A stretch of DNA of 63,952 nucleotides, filler included, from Lama guanicoe (GCA_013239625.1; 169 parts of 169 records of this genome joined end to end with filler, not necessarily neighbours in it); one strand, 5' to 3'; shown: positions 1 to 13,485, counted from the whole stretch's first letter. The notes: generated from the letters alone by a model not told the origin. Numbers and translations: made by a program.

Positions 1-83
1 TTTTCTCTGGATATATGCCCAGGAGTGGGATTGCTGGATCATATGGTGTAACATATAAACATATATATTTATTTAAAAATTGG

Positions 84-277
84 TCCTCACATCCATTAGG
101 ATGGCTATTATTTAAAAAAAACAGGTAATAATAACAAGCATTGGTGAGGGTGTAGAGATGCTGGAACTCTTGTGCACTGTTAGTAGGAGTATAAAATGGT
201 GCATTTGCTATGAAAAACAGTTTGGCGGTTCCTCAAAAAATTAAAAATAGAATTACCATATGATCCAGCAATTCCAC
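84..277 (+). mobile_element. LINE-1 ORF2 C-terminal fragment (old, degenerate); positions 1-47 are an antisense L1 piece of the same region
   Basis: Typical L1 string ...aacagtttggcggttcctcaaaaaattaaaaatagaattaccatatgatccagcaattccac; positions 1-47 are the reverse complement of ccatatgatccagcaatcccactcctgggcatatatccagagaaaa. Confidence 0.85.
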
Positions 278-574
278 NNNNNNNNNNNNNNNNNNNNNNN
301 NNNNNNNNNNNNNNNNNNNNNTTAATTAATTAANNNNNNNNNNNNNNNNNNNNNNNNNNNNNNNNNNNNNNNNNNNNCTGGCCCAAACGATTCAAATAAT
401 TCAGGCAACAGGTTTTGAACAGAACAGAAGACTATCGCCAACAACCCTTACCAGCGTACACGAGGGTAAAGACCTTTGGGGTTTCCCGATGAAGAAGCTG
501 CCTTTGTTGGGAGGAGAGTTAAGAGGTGAACTCGCAGCTCAACCCTCACCCGTATTTGGTGTGTGAACCTCCTT

Positions 575-655
575 TGGGTCAGCACAGCAATGGCCCCAAC
601 GCATGTCCACGTCCTGACCCCCAGAATCTGCCAGCACGTTGCCTCACATGGCAAA
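575..655 (+). mobile_element. MLT1 (ERVL-MaLR) LTR 5' end fragment, MLT1D-like
   Basis: aatggcccc...atgtccacgtcctgacccccagaatctg...gttgcctcacatggcaaa resembles the MLT1D LTR start. Confidence 0.6.
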
Positions 656-1133
656 NNNNNNNNNNNNNNNNNNNNNNNNNNNNNNNNNNNNNNNNNNNNT
701 TAATTAATTAANNNNNNNNNNNNNNNNNNNNNNNNNNNNNNNNNNNNNNNNNNNNAAACATACAGTGAGAACACGATTGCAAATACAGGTGAAAAACCAG
801 CTGTCAAAGGATCATCGGCCAGTTCCAAGTTTTTCCATTACTACTCCTTTGTTGCTTATTTGTGTTCTTTTACCCGTTGGAAGCACACAAGTAGTAGAAA
901 GCATAAAAACTTTAAGAAAAATTATGGCTTCTCTGTAAGACTAAAATGAGTCCAACATAAAGTTTTTTAAAATGGTAAAATTGAAATAGAGACTGTGCAT
1001 TAGTTAAGAGTACTGAGCGGAGGGTATAGAGCTNNNNNNNNNNNNNNNNNNNNNNNNNNNNNNNNNNNNNNNNNNNNTTAATTAATTAANNNNNNNNNNN
1101 NNNNNNNNNNNNNNNNNNNNNNNNNNNNNNNNN

Positions 1134-1411
1134 CCCTATCAAATTACCCAGGGCATTTTTCACAGAACTAGAACAAATAATCTTAAAATTTACATGGAAT
1201 CACAAAATACCCAGAATTGCCAAAGCAATACTGAGCAAAAAGAACAAAGCTGGAAGCATAACCCTCCCAGGCTGCAGACAACACTGCAAAGCTAGACTCA
1301 TCAGAACAGCATGGTGCTGGCACAAAAATAGACACATGGATCAATGGAACAGAATAGAGAGTCCAGAAATAAACCCACACACCAACAGTCAATTAATCTT
1401 TGACAAAGGAG
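1134..1411 (+). mobile_element. LINE-1 ORF2 fragment (post-RT region), frame open across the contig
   Basis: From 1135: [45 protein letters not shown]...[35 protein letters not shown], a hallmark L1 ORF2p sequence. Confidence 0.95.
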
Positions 1412-4400
1412 NNNNNNNNNNNNNNNNNNNNNNNNNNNNNNNNNNNNNNNNNNNNTTAATTAATTAANNNNNNNNNNNNNNNNNNNNNNNNNNNNNNNNN
1501 NNNNNNNNNNNTCCAATTTGAATTCCTAATCTTTGGCAAGTAACCTATTTTCTCTGTCTCCTTCTTTGATTTTGGTTTTAGTTTCTGTGACTTTTGTTTT
1601 AGATAACTTTCTCAGATGTTTGGAAATCTTTGTTGTCCTGTCATTCAGTGTTTGAAAGCAGCGTGTATGGGGGAAGCCAGTCACCTGCTGTGCTGACTGA
1701 CTGATGACCGATAGAGGAGTCAGCCCTTTTGTTAGAGAATCCCAAACACTGGAATCTATAGTTTTAATTTTCTGTTTCATCTGAGGCTANNNNNNNNNNN
1801 NNNNNNNNNNNNNNNNNNNNNNNNNNNNNNNNNTTAATTAATTAANNNNNNNNNNNNNNNNNNNNNNNNNNNNNNNNNNNNNNNNNNNNTAGCGCTGCTC
1901 TGAGCATTCAGGTGCATGAACCTTTTTGAATTAGGAGAGTTCTGTCATTTTTGCCTCTGTTCCTTAATAATATCGTCTGATGGCCTTTGGCCTCAGTTTC
2001 CAAGCAGAGTCTTCCTATGTAATTCATCTTCTTTTAATAGGTAAAATACACTTCTTTGTGTATACATAATACACACGTAATTTAAAGAATATAATGAGCA
2101 CTAGAGCATACCTTTGTAGAATAAAACCAATATTTTGAGAAGCCATATGTATACACACATTTTCCTTNNNNNNNNNNNNNNNNNNNNNNNNNNNNNNNNN
2201 NNNNNNNNNNNTTAATTAATTAANNNNNNNNNNNNNNNNNNNNNNNNNNNNNNNNNNNNNNNNNNNNAAGGGCCTGGGACAAATTCCGTCCCCAGCTCGC
2301 AGAATTCTTACAATGTGAATCTCCCAGCACAATATATGATCCACGGTTAAGTGGTCAGAAAATAGATTTTCAACAACAGTCTGAATGTAATTACATGTTC
2401 GGGCGCCCATCTCTCCCCTAGAGCCTGACTGTAACTTGGCAAGAGGGTTTTGTCTGATTTATTTCTCTGACCCCAGCCCCAGGCCAGCCCCAGAGCTGAG
2501 GTTGAGGGACACGGGGCCAATGAGTGAGCAGATGAGCGACCGGGGNNNNNNNNNNNNNNNNNNNNNNNNNNNNNNNNNNNNNNNNNNNNTTAATTAATTA
2601 ANNNNNNNNNNNNNNNNNNNNNNNNNNNNNNNNNNNNNNNNNNNNATAGTTGACTTACAACATTATATGAGTTTCAGGTGTACAGACGTACTTGTATAGC
2701 ACACCAGCTATGAAATAAATCAGCTGCAGGGATGCGATGTACAGCATGGAGAATACAGTCAATGCTATTGTAATAACTTTGTGTGGTGCATAATCTACAA
2801 ATGCATACATTTAAATATAAAATACACTTTCTCTAACTCAGGGGAACATTTCTTTTCATTTGCACCATTTTCTGAGGAGCTGGAAGAGGATGAGAGAGGA
2901 CAGGTATGGGCGGCCCTAGAGAANNNNNNNNNNNNNNNNNNNNNNNNNNNNNNNNNNNNNNNNNNNNTTAATTAATTAANNNNNNNNNNNNNNNNNNNNN
3001 NNNNNNNNNNNNNNNNNNNNNNNGCTGCTGTAACAAAGGAACTCAACCTCAGCAGCTTAAAATGACAAAAGTTTTGTGGCCTATGTAAGAAATTCTTGTG
3101 TACTACGAGGTCAAATATATTTTCTCATAGGCCTTCTTCTTAGAAGTTTCATAGTTTTCATTTTTATACTTAGAGCCATGATTCCTTCTAAGCTGATCTG
3201 AATGCCTGGTACGACATAATGGCATGGTTTGGTAAAGGGCAAGGTTCATTTTTATTTTCATAATGGGTACTTAGTTGTTCTCGCACCATTTGTCAAAGGG
3301 ANNNNNNNNNNNNNNNNNNNNNNNNNNNNNNNNNNNNNNNNNNNNTTAATTAATTAANNNNNNNNNNNNNNNNNNNNNNNNNNNNNNNNNNNNNNNNNNN
3401 NAAAAAAATGCTTAAAAGATTTTGCAAGATAATGGTAAAGACAGATTACAGAATAGCAACTGTGTAGCAGGCTAGAGAAAAATCATTAAGAAATAAGGTC
3501 CAGGAGAGCTATTGCAAAGGGGTGGGGGATAAAGTAATTTATAGATCATCTCATTCATTTAAATGTACTAGAGAAAATATATATTTTGAAACAGAAAAAT
3601 ATTATCAAACCAAAAAATGAGTAATTAAACCTAAGAAGTAGTGTGTATATAGCACTATAGAACTGTCTGTAATATTTCANNNNNNNNNNNNNNNNNNNNN
3701 NNNNNNNNNNNNNNNNNNNNNNNTTAATTAATTAANNNNNNNNNNNNNNNNNNNNNNNNNNNNNNNNNNNNNNNNNNNNGTCGTCTCTGGACACGGCTTA
3801 GCCTGGGTCTGCTTTCCTGTGGTCACAGGGCCCAAGACCCTCCCCTCAGGGCTAGCGGATGGGCACTTAGGCCAGAGGGTCTTTGCTCGAGCAGCCTCCT
3901 GTCCATGAACAAGGATGCTACGTGCTCACCCTGGGCCCGAGGCCCAGCCTGATCTCCTGGCCAGGACACCTCTGCCCCAGGGCAGTCCAGGCCCCGGGGC
4001 GGCAGTTTCCCCGACAGAGCTGGCTTTGTGCTCCATGGGGGTGTGGCAAACATACTGNNNNNNNNNNNNNNNNNNNNNNNNNNNNNNNNNNNNNNNNNNN
4101 NTTAATTAATTAANNNNNNNNNNNNNNNNNNNNNNNNNNNNNNNNNNNNNNNNNNNNTATATTCTGCTATAACAATATCCATAATAAAAAATAAATTTGA
4201 TAAATTTAAAAAAAGAAAAAGAAGAAGAATGGTAAAAAAATTGTTTTCTGGGCATGTGGTTGGTGTCCCATGCCTTTGTTAGTGGAGTGACTGACTCCAG
4301 GCTTGGCTTGCAGGGTTGAATTCTCTTGGAAATCAGCTGAACTTCTCATGCCTAACACACCAGCCATCAGAGGCAAAAAGAGATGTCCACCCTTATTTCC

Positions 4401-5719
4401 CTCTGCCCACACTCTTCTGACACCTTCTCTTCCTCNNNNNNNNNNNNNNNNNNNNNNNNNNNNNNNNNNNNNNNNNNNNTTAATTAATTAANNNNNNNNN
4501 NNNNNNNNNNNNNNNNNNNNNNNNNNNNNNNNNNNTTTTCTGAATGACAGCACCAATTTATAATTTCCCTGGTGGTGCGTGAGAGTGTTCACCTAACCAC
4601 AGGCCTGAATGGAATCATTAAAGCCATAAAGAAAGCCTTTCCGATTAGACAGGAATAGGAGATCTTGCGGACCGGTGGCCGGTACTTTGTGCTAGTCCGG
4701 GATTGCCGCGCCGTGGAGTGAACTGATATTCTCTGAGATGTGGTGTGAGCTCTGTGCCTTGGAGAGCTGTTCCCTCTGCGTTTTCTCACCTCTTTCCCTT
4801 CTGACGGTGCTGTNNNNNNNNNNNNNNNNNNNNNNNNNNNNNNNNNNNNNNNNNNNNTTAATTAATTAANNNNNNNNNNNNNNNNNNNNNNNNNNNNNNN
4901 NNNNNNNNNNNNNAAAATAAACACACAGACATATATTTTGTTATTATGCAGACAACAGATTGTCCAGGATCGATTATCTAGAAATGGGAAAAATATGAGT
5001 TTAGAAATGTTACAAACATTAAATATTTTACTTCTGTAACGTAGTGCCTCTTAGGTCTAATGTGTTCAGCTGAGAAAATCTGCCTATAAGGAGAAAAGGA
5101 ATGAACCACACCATGTCACTGCCATTTGCATCTGTATATGGCCCTCTTTTTCAGGCAATACACACTCTCTGAACCATTTCTTTTCTTATTANNNNNNNNN
5201 NNNNNNNNNNNNNNNNNNNNNNNNNNNNNNNNNNNTTAATTAATTAANNNNNNNNNNNNNNNNNNNNNNNNNNNNNNNNNNNNNNNNNNNNTACACGTGT
5301 TCAGGCCACAGCCGGGTGAAGAGAACTCGCTGGACTGAAGCGAAGCCAGGCCGTAGGTCAACCAGACTGTGTGAGGGCTCCCACGGAAAGAGCCCCCAAG
5401 GGATGTGCTGGGAGTGTCAGATGCTCACTGGGAGAAACTGGAAATGGGAATTACATGGGAAATGGGAGGGCTAAGAGCCAGGGGCAGGGGGGCTGGCGGT
5501 GGGAGAGCCTGACGACCAGTCAGATGTTCAGGCGGAACCCTCGCCGTCTCAGACTTGGCGGCCCCCAGCNNNNNNNNNNNNNNNNNNNNNNNNNNNNNNN
5601 NNNNNNNNNNNNNTTAATTAATTAANNNNNNNNNNNNNNNNNNNNNNNNNNNNNNNNNNNNNNNNNNNNATCTAGTTATCCACCAACATATGAATGGGTA
5701 AATAAATTGTAGTGTATTT

Positions 5720-5913
5720 GCTGGTCAGAATGGCTGTAATCAAAAGAATACAAATAACAAATATTGGCAACGAAGTGGAGAAAAGAAACCCTTGGTAGGC
5801 TCTTGGTGGGGAAGTAAATTCATGCAGCCACTGTGGAAAATAGTATGGAGATTTCTCCAAAAATATCAAAATATAATTACTGTATGACCCAGAAATTCCA
5901 CCCCTGGGTATAT
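5720..5913 (+). mobile_element. LINE-1 ORF2 3' fragment followed by a (AAAACC)n tract at 5914-5947
   Basis: gtggagaaaagaaacccttg...gcagccactgtggaaaatagtatggag...tatgacccagaaattccacccctgggtata. Confidence 0.85.
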
Positions 5914-6047
5914 AAAACCAAAACCAAAACCAAAACCAAAACCAAAANNNNNNNNNNNNNNNNNNNNNNNNNNNNNNNNNNNNNNNNNNNNTTAATTAAT
6001 TAANNNNNNNNNNNNNNNNNNNNNNNNNNNNNNNNNNNNNNNNNNNN

Positions 6048-6315
6048 GATCACATCTACGAGAACCTCTTTCCAAATAAGGTCACATTCACAGGTATTGG
6101 GAGTTAGGACTTGATCATAACTTTTTAGGGACACAATTCAACCTACCCACTCTCTGCCCCCCAAAGTCTATGGCTTTCCCATATGTAAAATGGTTTCATG
6201 ACATCCTGACATTTCCCAAAGTCTTAACCCATTCCAGCATCAACTCTAAGTCCAAACTTTCATCTAAATCACCTAAGTCAGGTATGGGTAAGACTCTGGG
6301 CATGATCCAACCTGG
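6048..6315 (-). mobile_element. MLT1 (MaLR) LTR end plus adjoining internal sequence
   Basis: ccaaataaggtcacattcacaggt...gacacaattcaacc (reverse of an MLT1 LTR 5' end), then aaagtcttaacccattccagcatcaactctaagtccaaa (MLT internal-like). Confidence 0.65.
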
Positions 6316-7240
6316 AAAAAAAAAANNNNNNNNNNNNNNNNNNNNNNNNNNNNNNNNNNNNNNNNNNNNTTAATTAATTAANNNNNNNNNNNNNNNNNNN
6401 NNNNNNNNNNNNNNNNNNNNNNNNNGGGAGGAAGACATAAATATAGTGATGGATAGAATTTTGGAGAAAAACTTGTATGTAACAGTCATTAGAAACATAC
6501 TCAGCAGGAAAACCAGAAGGTCCAGACAAGAAGCAAATGATTTCTCAAATGACAATAAGAAAGTCTCCCTAAATTTAACCTGAATCTCCCCTGCTCTGAT
6601 ACTTTACATACATTTCATCTCCTTTACCTCTCTGGGTTTTATTTAAAAAGCACTCTTTATATGGTGACTTGTGTAAACATGTCTCATGAAAGAACCAATC
6701 AGANNNNNNNNNNNNNNNNNNNNNNNNNNNNNNNNNNNNNNNNNNNNTTAATTAATTAANNNNNNNNNNNNNNNNNNNNNNNNNNNNNNNNNNNNNNNNN
6801 NNNGTTATCATAGGAAAAGGAAAGGGAGTGGGTTGAGTCTGATTCTTATCGTTTCTGTTTCCTCCATCTGGCAGATTTGATAGGGATTTGTTTGACAGCT
6901 GTAAGAGGAACTGGGACTCTCCAGTTCCGTCTCACCTAAGATCTATCACTGCCTCTCTGTTTCTGTGTTTCCTTCATCTCCAAATATATACAGCATCTGC
7001 CAAGATTCTCTAATTACAGAAAGGTCCCCTGGAAATGCCAGGAATAATCTTAAATTTCATTTCGGGGAATAATTTTATCCTNNNNNNNNNNNNNNNNNNN
7101 NNNNNNNNNNNNNNNNNNNNNNNNNTTAATTAATTAANNNNNNNNNNNNNNNNNNNNNNNNNNNNNNNNNNNNNNNNNNNNAGCCTGGGCGCCCCCCACT
7201 CGGGGACTCTCCCCTGGGGCCTCCACTGCCACCGCCCTGA

Positions 7241-7399
<159 letters not shown>

Positions 7400-9094
7400 T
7401 GAGTGCCCGCGCCCCCCCATGACCGTGTTTCCCAGCAGAGACTTCAGCACCAGCAGGGTNNNNNNNNNNNNNNNNNNNNNNNNNNNNNNNNNNNNNNNNN
7501 NNNTTAATTAATTAANNNNNNNNNNNNNNNNNNNNNNNNNNNNNNNNNNNNNNNNNNNNGAAAAGAAAGTAAAATGTAAAAATGTATATATTGTACATCT
7601 TTAGGGTGTATAATGTATGGGAGGATGTTAGGTGTGCTGTTTAGTCTGAATAAGATACGAGACTTTAACTGTGGGGGAAGTGACCAGCAATTCTTCTGAA
7701 AGAGGCCATTCCCAGAGGAAAGTTGCAATGTAGTCACATAAATTCTATAATGGAAGGAAATTATAGCCTTGGTAACACCAAATCATTTCTCCCTAATCAA
7801 TGCTAATCATGGGAGATCCAGAAGTCACCAGATCAGTNNNNNNNNNNNNNNNNNNNNNNNNNNNNNNNNNNNNNNNNNNNNTTAATTAATTAANNNNNNN
7901 NNNNNNNNNNNNNNNNNNNNNNNNNNNNNNNNNNNNNGGGGGCGGAGCAGGTGACAGGGGAGGTGGGTTAAGGTTATGTGCATTCAGAGGAGAGGAAGAA
8001 CTTGCAGGGGGACCATGCCTCACCTCAGTCCTCAGATGCTCTTTTGTGACGTACCTGGGGCAGAAGCCATCCTGTGAACTGGTGAGGTAACAGAAGCCCT
8101 GTGAGGTTGAATGATTGGAGGAAGTCTGCACAATCAGTGTGAGGACCAGGAGAACCTCACTGAGTTCTCTGCCAGGGGTCTTTTGACCTGGGCTCGGAAA
8201 GGCAGAGAGCAGGAGNNNNNNNNNNNNNNNNNNNNNNNNNNNNNNNNNNNNNNNNNNNNTTAATTAATTAANNNNNNNNNNNNNNNNNNNNNNNNNNNNN
8301 NNNNNNNNNNNNNNNGACTGAGAGTGAAGCATATTTGGGGAAGAAAACTCAAGGGTTTTGGACTGGTGTTTTTTATGCTCCTGTAGATTGTAAGCCCCAG
8401 CCCCGAAGGGCAGTAGATCTCTGTATTCCTAGCATCTACCATTATATCTGAGAGTTACTCAGCAGATATTTCTTCATTTGAAGTCAAGTATGGATCAGTT
8501 CTTGGGAAGGGTGACAATAATAAGGAGCAGCTTGCTTCTAGAATTTGAATACGTCTGGGTACTGTCGCCCGACCTAAGTGTTTAATCTTCAGANNNNNNN
8601 NNNNNNNNNNNNNNNNNNNNNNNNNNNNNNNNNNNNNTTAATTAATTAANNNNNNNNNNNNNNNNNNNNNNNNNNNNNNNNNNNNNNNNNNNNGACTTAG
8701 CTGTGGTCTTACTCAGGAAGTATTTTCAGTTAAAATAGACTTTAATATGCAGCAAAAGTTCTTTCTACCCCCCCTTTTTTTTTTGTTTTAGCTCTAAGAG
8801 AAAAATCTTTGCAATACTTTAGACCTACCTATGTAAAACATTTTTAAGCTGAGCAATTTGTGCGTAACCTTCGATTTCCAACCTGTCCTTCTAATCTCAA
8901 AGGTTTTGTCTGCTATAGCGTGACTACTCCGTCCTGCTTACCAGCATTGAAGCTGGTTGTGAGTATCTGATNNNNNNNNNNNNNNNNNNNNNNNNNNNNN
9001 NNNNNNNNNNNNNNNTTAATTAATTAANNNNNNNNNNNNNNNNNNNNNNNNNNNNNNNNNNNNNNNNNNNNTCTCATTTATTTTATCTTTTGTG

Positions 9095-9349
9095 TTTGTT
9101 TTAAATTGAAGTACAGTCTATTTACGATGCTGTGTTAGTGTCTGGTGTTCAGCGTGGTGACTCAGTTATACACACATGTATATATATTCTTTTTCATAAT
9201 AGGTGCCTATAAGATATTAAATATAGTTACCTCGACTAGACAGTAGGACCTGCTCATTTATTTATTTATACACAGTAGTTAGTATCTGCAAATTTCAAAC
9301 TCCCCTTTCCCCCCGGTAACACTAAGTTTGTTTTTTTATGTCTGTGATT
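9095..9349 (-). mobile_element. LINE-1 3' UTR/terminus (cetartiodactyl-type)
   Basis: ttaaattgaagtacagtc...ctggtgttcagcgtggtgactcagttatacac...aagatattaaatatagtt...ggtaacactaagtttgttttt. Confidence 0.8.
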
Positions 9350-9827
9350 NNNNNNNNNNNNNNNNNNNNNNNNNNNNNNNNNNNNNNNNNNNNTTAATTA
9401 ATTAANNNNNNNNNNNNNNNNNNNNNNNNNNNNNNNNNNNNNNNNNNNNTGGCTAGAGCAGGGCTTCCCCAGGAATGGCAGCACTAGCAGTCTGATTAGA
9501 GCTCTTGTGAAATTGTCACAGAGACGTCCCTCACATTTCAGCACGGCTTTGTGGTTCTTGCAACTTCCTGTGGACATGAGGATGCCTGGAAGTCCACCAA
9601 ATGCACTGAGAAGGGGTTGTCGCATGGAACTCCTGATGAACTACTTTATCTTGATCTTCGAGGGGCTTCCTGCTGAGGGAGGGGTAGCGTAACAGTGATC
9701 TGGAATGCCCCATACGTGAAACCTTCANNNNNNNNNNNNNNNNNNNNNNNNNNNNNNNNNNNNNNNNNNNNTTAATTAATTAANNNNNNNNNNNNNNNNN
9801 NNNNNNNNNNNNNNNNNNNNNNNNNNN

Positions 9828-9891
9828 AGGATTGAACACAGGACCTTGTGTGAGCTAAGCAAGCATTTACCACTGATCTGTACCCCCCTCC
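9828..9891 (-). mobile_element. tRNA-derived SINE 5' part (vic-1-like)
   Basis: ggattgaacacaggaccttgtgtgagctaagcaagcatttaccactgatctgtaccccc, homologous to the copy at 30284-30416. Confidence 0.7.
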
Positions 9892-11340
9892 ATGGAGGTT
9901 AGAATGTCAATATATGAAATGGGGGAGGAGGGACACGAACATTCAGTCTGTGGCAACCGGAATCCTGGGCATCCAATGAGCCTCCTCACCATGAACCCTC
10001 TCTCTGATCAGGGCCCTCTCCGTGGCACAACCATTGCTTGCCCTCTATGTGCCAAGATGAGACTCTAAACAGCTTGCCAGACATTTGGGCCTCCAAGCTT
10101 ATTTTNNNNNNNNNNNNNNNNNNNNNNNNNNNNNNNNNNNNNNNNNNNNTTAATTAATTAANNNNNNNNNNNNNNNNNNNNNNNNNNNNNNNNNNNNNNN
10201 NNNNNTTCCTCCCTAAAAGCATCGCGACACACTTCCCCACATTAAAGCTGCCTCACTTTTTCCCAGTCACCGACCCAGGCCTGCGAGATCTCTGGTGATC
10301 TATCCCCAGAGGCCAGGAAGCGCCTCCATCACCCTTGGGGTCACCATCATTTCCACAGGTGCCACTAGCCCAAGAGACACTCCATTCTCTGCCTGTCCAC
10401 ATCACCCTTCACTTTCCATTGCCAGCTTCTCCATCGGTGACAAAGCCACAGCCCCAGCCCCACAGTAACTCAATTATTTAAAANNNNNNNNNNNNNNNNN
10501 NNNNNNNNNNNNNNNNNNNNNNNNNNNTTAATTAATTAANNNNNNNNNNNNNNNNNNNNNNNNNNNNNNNNNNNNNNNNNNNNAGTTTAGTTATTTGCTG
10601 TGCTGTTCTCAGTTTTCATGGTAATTTTCTACGGTAAATGGTACATTTCTTACCAGATGCGGCAGATTCTGGGAGGAAATTCTGACAACCTGTCTGCTCG
10701 TTGGTGCCAAACATGGAAGGAACTCCAAAATGAGGGACATCCTGTTGGCAACAAGAGGAAACACTCTGCATCTCCCAGGACCAGAAAATTCCATCACCTG
10801 ATTCTTTTCCGCCTGATTTATGTAGACACTTAAATCCATTAACTGATTTTCTTACTGGATGNNNNNNNNNNNNNNNNNNNNNNNNNNNNNNNNNNNNNNN
10901 NNNNNTTAATTAATTAANNNNNNNNNNNNNNNNNNNNNNNNNNNNNNNNNNNNNNNNNNNNGAAGCAAACCATTCTCTAAATACCTAAGATCAACAAAGT
11001 TAAATGAAACGCAGTAACAGGATACTTTAAAATTAACAGAACCATTCCTTTAATAAAAAAGGGCTTCATCTGGAAGCTTATAAGTAAATCAGACATTTAG
11101 TCACAGAGCAGCTCCAGCGACAGCCATCAGCACCATTTGTTCTGCTCTGACTGATGTGTTCTCTCTCATGAAACAGAGCTCAGGCTTTTAGACGTAGTCT
11201 CTGGATGCACCATGGTGGACCCAAGACTTCCAACAAAGCTNNNNNNNNNNNNNNNNNNNNNNNNNNNNNNNNNNNNNNNNNNNNTTAATTAATTAANNNN
11301 NNNNNNNNNNNNNNNNNNNNNNNNNNNNNNNNNNNNNNNN

Positions 11341-11618
11341 CCCCCCCTTTATATTAGTTAATATTCGCTTTATATCTTCAGGGTCTCTGATACTGGGTTG
11401 TAATATATTTTAAATTGTTATAGCCTGTTGATGAATGGATCCCTTTTTCATCACATGGCATTGTTTGTCTCTTTTGATTTCCATTTTCATAGAATATCTT
11501 ACAATGCCTTGATTTTTAGCCTTTATTTGTCCATAAGGCTGAAGTAATTCTGTTGTAGAGAAAATAAAATTGGGCCTAGTTTCTTTGTTTATGCACTTAT
11601 CCACTCTGTGTTTTTTGA
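11341..11618 (-). mobile_element. Old LINE-1 ORF2 endonuclease-domain fragment
   Basis: Minus-strand translation ...RDKQCHVMKKGSIHQQAITI resembles L1 EN 'RDKEGHYIMIKGSIHQEDITI'. Confidence 0.75.
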
Positions 11619-12169
11619 NNNNNNNNNNNNNNNNNNNNNNNNNNNNNNNNNNNNNNNNNNNNTTAATTAATTAANNNNNNNNNNNNNNNNNNNNNNNNNN
11701 NNNNNNNNNNNNNNNNNNAACACAGATACTTGCTCTGCAATCCCTTTACAGCATATAATTTATTTTAATGTGTACACTTACTCTGAAGCCTGTAAGAGAA
11801 GGGGCTTTGCTTTACTCACTGAACACTCAGCACCTGAAACATAATAGTTCACCTACACTTTGATTTAAGAAGAGTTTACAGAACATGAGGAAGTGTGACT
11901 TCTCTCGTGGTCATCTAATCAGTGTCTCTGATATGTTGATATTTCAAGATACTACAGAACTGATAAGGATGTTGTATAGTGTGTGTGTGGGGGGGGNNNN
12001 NNNNNNNNNNNNNNNNNNNNNNNNNNNNNNNNNNNNNNNNTTAATTAATTAANNNNNNNNNNNNNNNNNNNNNNNNNNNNNNNNNNNNNNNNNNNNAATA
12101 AAACACCTGTAGCTAGAAAAGACCCTGTATTTCAAATATCTTGTACATAAAGTTAGTTGAGCTATATAT

Positions 12170-12343
12170 CTCATTTATCGCCTCGATATTTGCATTACAG
12201 CGGAGCAGCTGTGTTGCAATTGACGTATTCTCAGCCAAGACGGTGTAATGGAGAGCAGTGTTTTGACTGTCGTCCTCAAGATTTGGGTCAGCACCATGTT
12301 CCAGCAAGATAATGACACATCCATCATTCTGGCATTGTACAGC
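12170..12343 (-). pseudogene. ANKRD26/POTE-family ankyrin-repeat exon (174 bp) with a non-canonical donor (AT instead of GT)
   Basis: Acceptor ...gataccaacag, then AVQCQNDGCVIILLEHGADPNLEDDSQNTALHYTVLAENTSIATQLLRCNANIEAINE. Sequence and 174-bp length match the ANKRD26-family exon AVQCQEE.C..ILLEHGADPN...NTALHYA...ANIEA.NK. The intron begins ATATAT. Confidence 0.75.
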
Positions 12344-12475
12344 CTGTTGGTATCACGCCAAGAAACAGACTGTAANNNNNNNNNNNNNNNNNNNNNNNNN
12401 NNNNNNNNNNNNNNNNNNNTTAATTAATTAANNNNNNNNNNNNNNNNNNNNNNNNNNNNNNNNNNNNNNNNNNNN

Positions 12476-12753
12476 CCCAGCACATTAAAAGAACCACGCA
12501 CCATGAACAAGTGGAATTTACCCCTGGGGTGGTAACATGTGCAAATCAATCGATGTGATACATCACATTAATAAAATGATATAATAAAAATCATATGACC
12601 ATCTCAATAGACACAGAAAAGCATCTGGCAAAATTCAACATCATTCATGACAAAAAAATCTTAACAAATTAGGTATAGACGGAAGTACCTCAACATAATG
12701 AAGACCATATATGACAAGCCCACAGCTAACATCATACTCAATGGTGAAAGGTT
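12476..12753 (+). mobile_element. LINE-1 reverse-transcriptase N-terminal fragment (degenerate)
   Basis: caccatgaacaagtggaatttacccctggg...aaatcaatcgatgtgatacatcacattaa...atctcaatagacacagaaaagc...gacaagcccacagctaacatcatactcaatggtgaaa. Confidence 0.9.
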
Positions 12754-13232
12754 NNNNNNNNNNNNNNNNNNNNNNNNNNNNNNNNNNNNNNNNNNNNTTA
12801 ATTAATTAANNNNNNNNNNNNNNNNNNNNNNNNNNNNNNNNNNNNNNNNNNNNGGATGAGTGGGTACACAGGGCAAAACAAACTGGGCCCTCCATAAAAT
12901 ACGGGAACAAAAAGAAACCCACAGCTGATGTTCCCTGGGGGGAAGGGTGCCACGCACCCACTCCGAAAACCCGCTGAAAGTTTCCGGGGGAAGAGAGGTG
13001 GGGCTCAGCCACAGCCTCCATATCCTCCTGTGCTTAGCACCCAGGCAGGGGTGGGGTGGAAACCTGAATCCTAAGGGCTTAGGAGCCTCAAAGGCCAGAC
13101 GGAGACTTGTTTACAGCCTGAGGCAGATAGGANNNNNNNNNNNNNNNNNNNNNNNNNNNNNNNNNNNNNNNNNNNNTTAATTAATTAANNNNNNNNNNNN
13201 NNNNNNNNNNNNNNNNNNNNNNNNNNNNNNNN

Positions 13233-13485
13233 CCTTGCTGACCTTGTCTAGCCTTGTGGCATTACTGACGTCTAAACTGTCGTGATTTCTACATTTACAT
13301 ATCTCTTCCAAACCCTTCCATACAGTCCAGATCACACCCACCCAGCTGCCTCCACACATCTCCATGTGGACATCTGACACACTCCGCCTCCTCTCCCTCA
13401 GTCTCCCACTTTCTCCAGGACCTCCATCCTGACAGGTGTTCAGGCCCCGACTTTGTGATCTTAACTTCTCTCTTTTCTCCACTTC
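13233..13485 (+). mobile_element. LINE-2 (L2) fragment
   Basis: atttacatatctcttccaaaccc...tccagatcacacccacccagctgcctccacacatctccatgtggacatct resembles the L2 ORF2 3' region. Confidence 0.55.

Noticed and set aside
1..277. Inverted repeat between contig start and end (ccatatgatccagcaat) as a hairpin or twin-priming event
   Set aside because: The two L1 pieces overlap in consensus position, are separated by unrelated AT-rich sequence and look like different ages; independent insertions are more likely.
6426..6580. Possible olfactory receptor TM1 on the minus strand (VFLLSMFLMTVT)
   Set aside because: It lacks the GN and LHTPMY motifs; the resemblance is too short to support.
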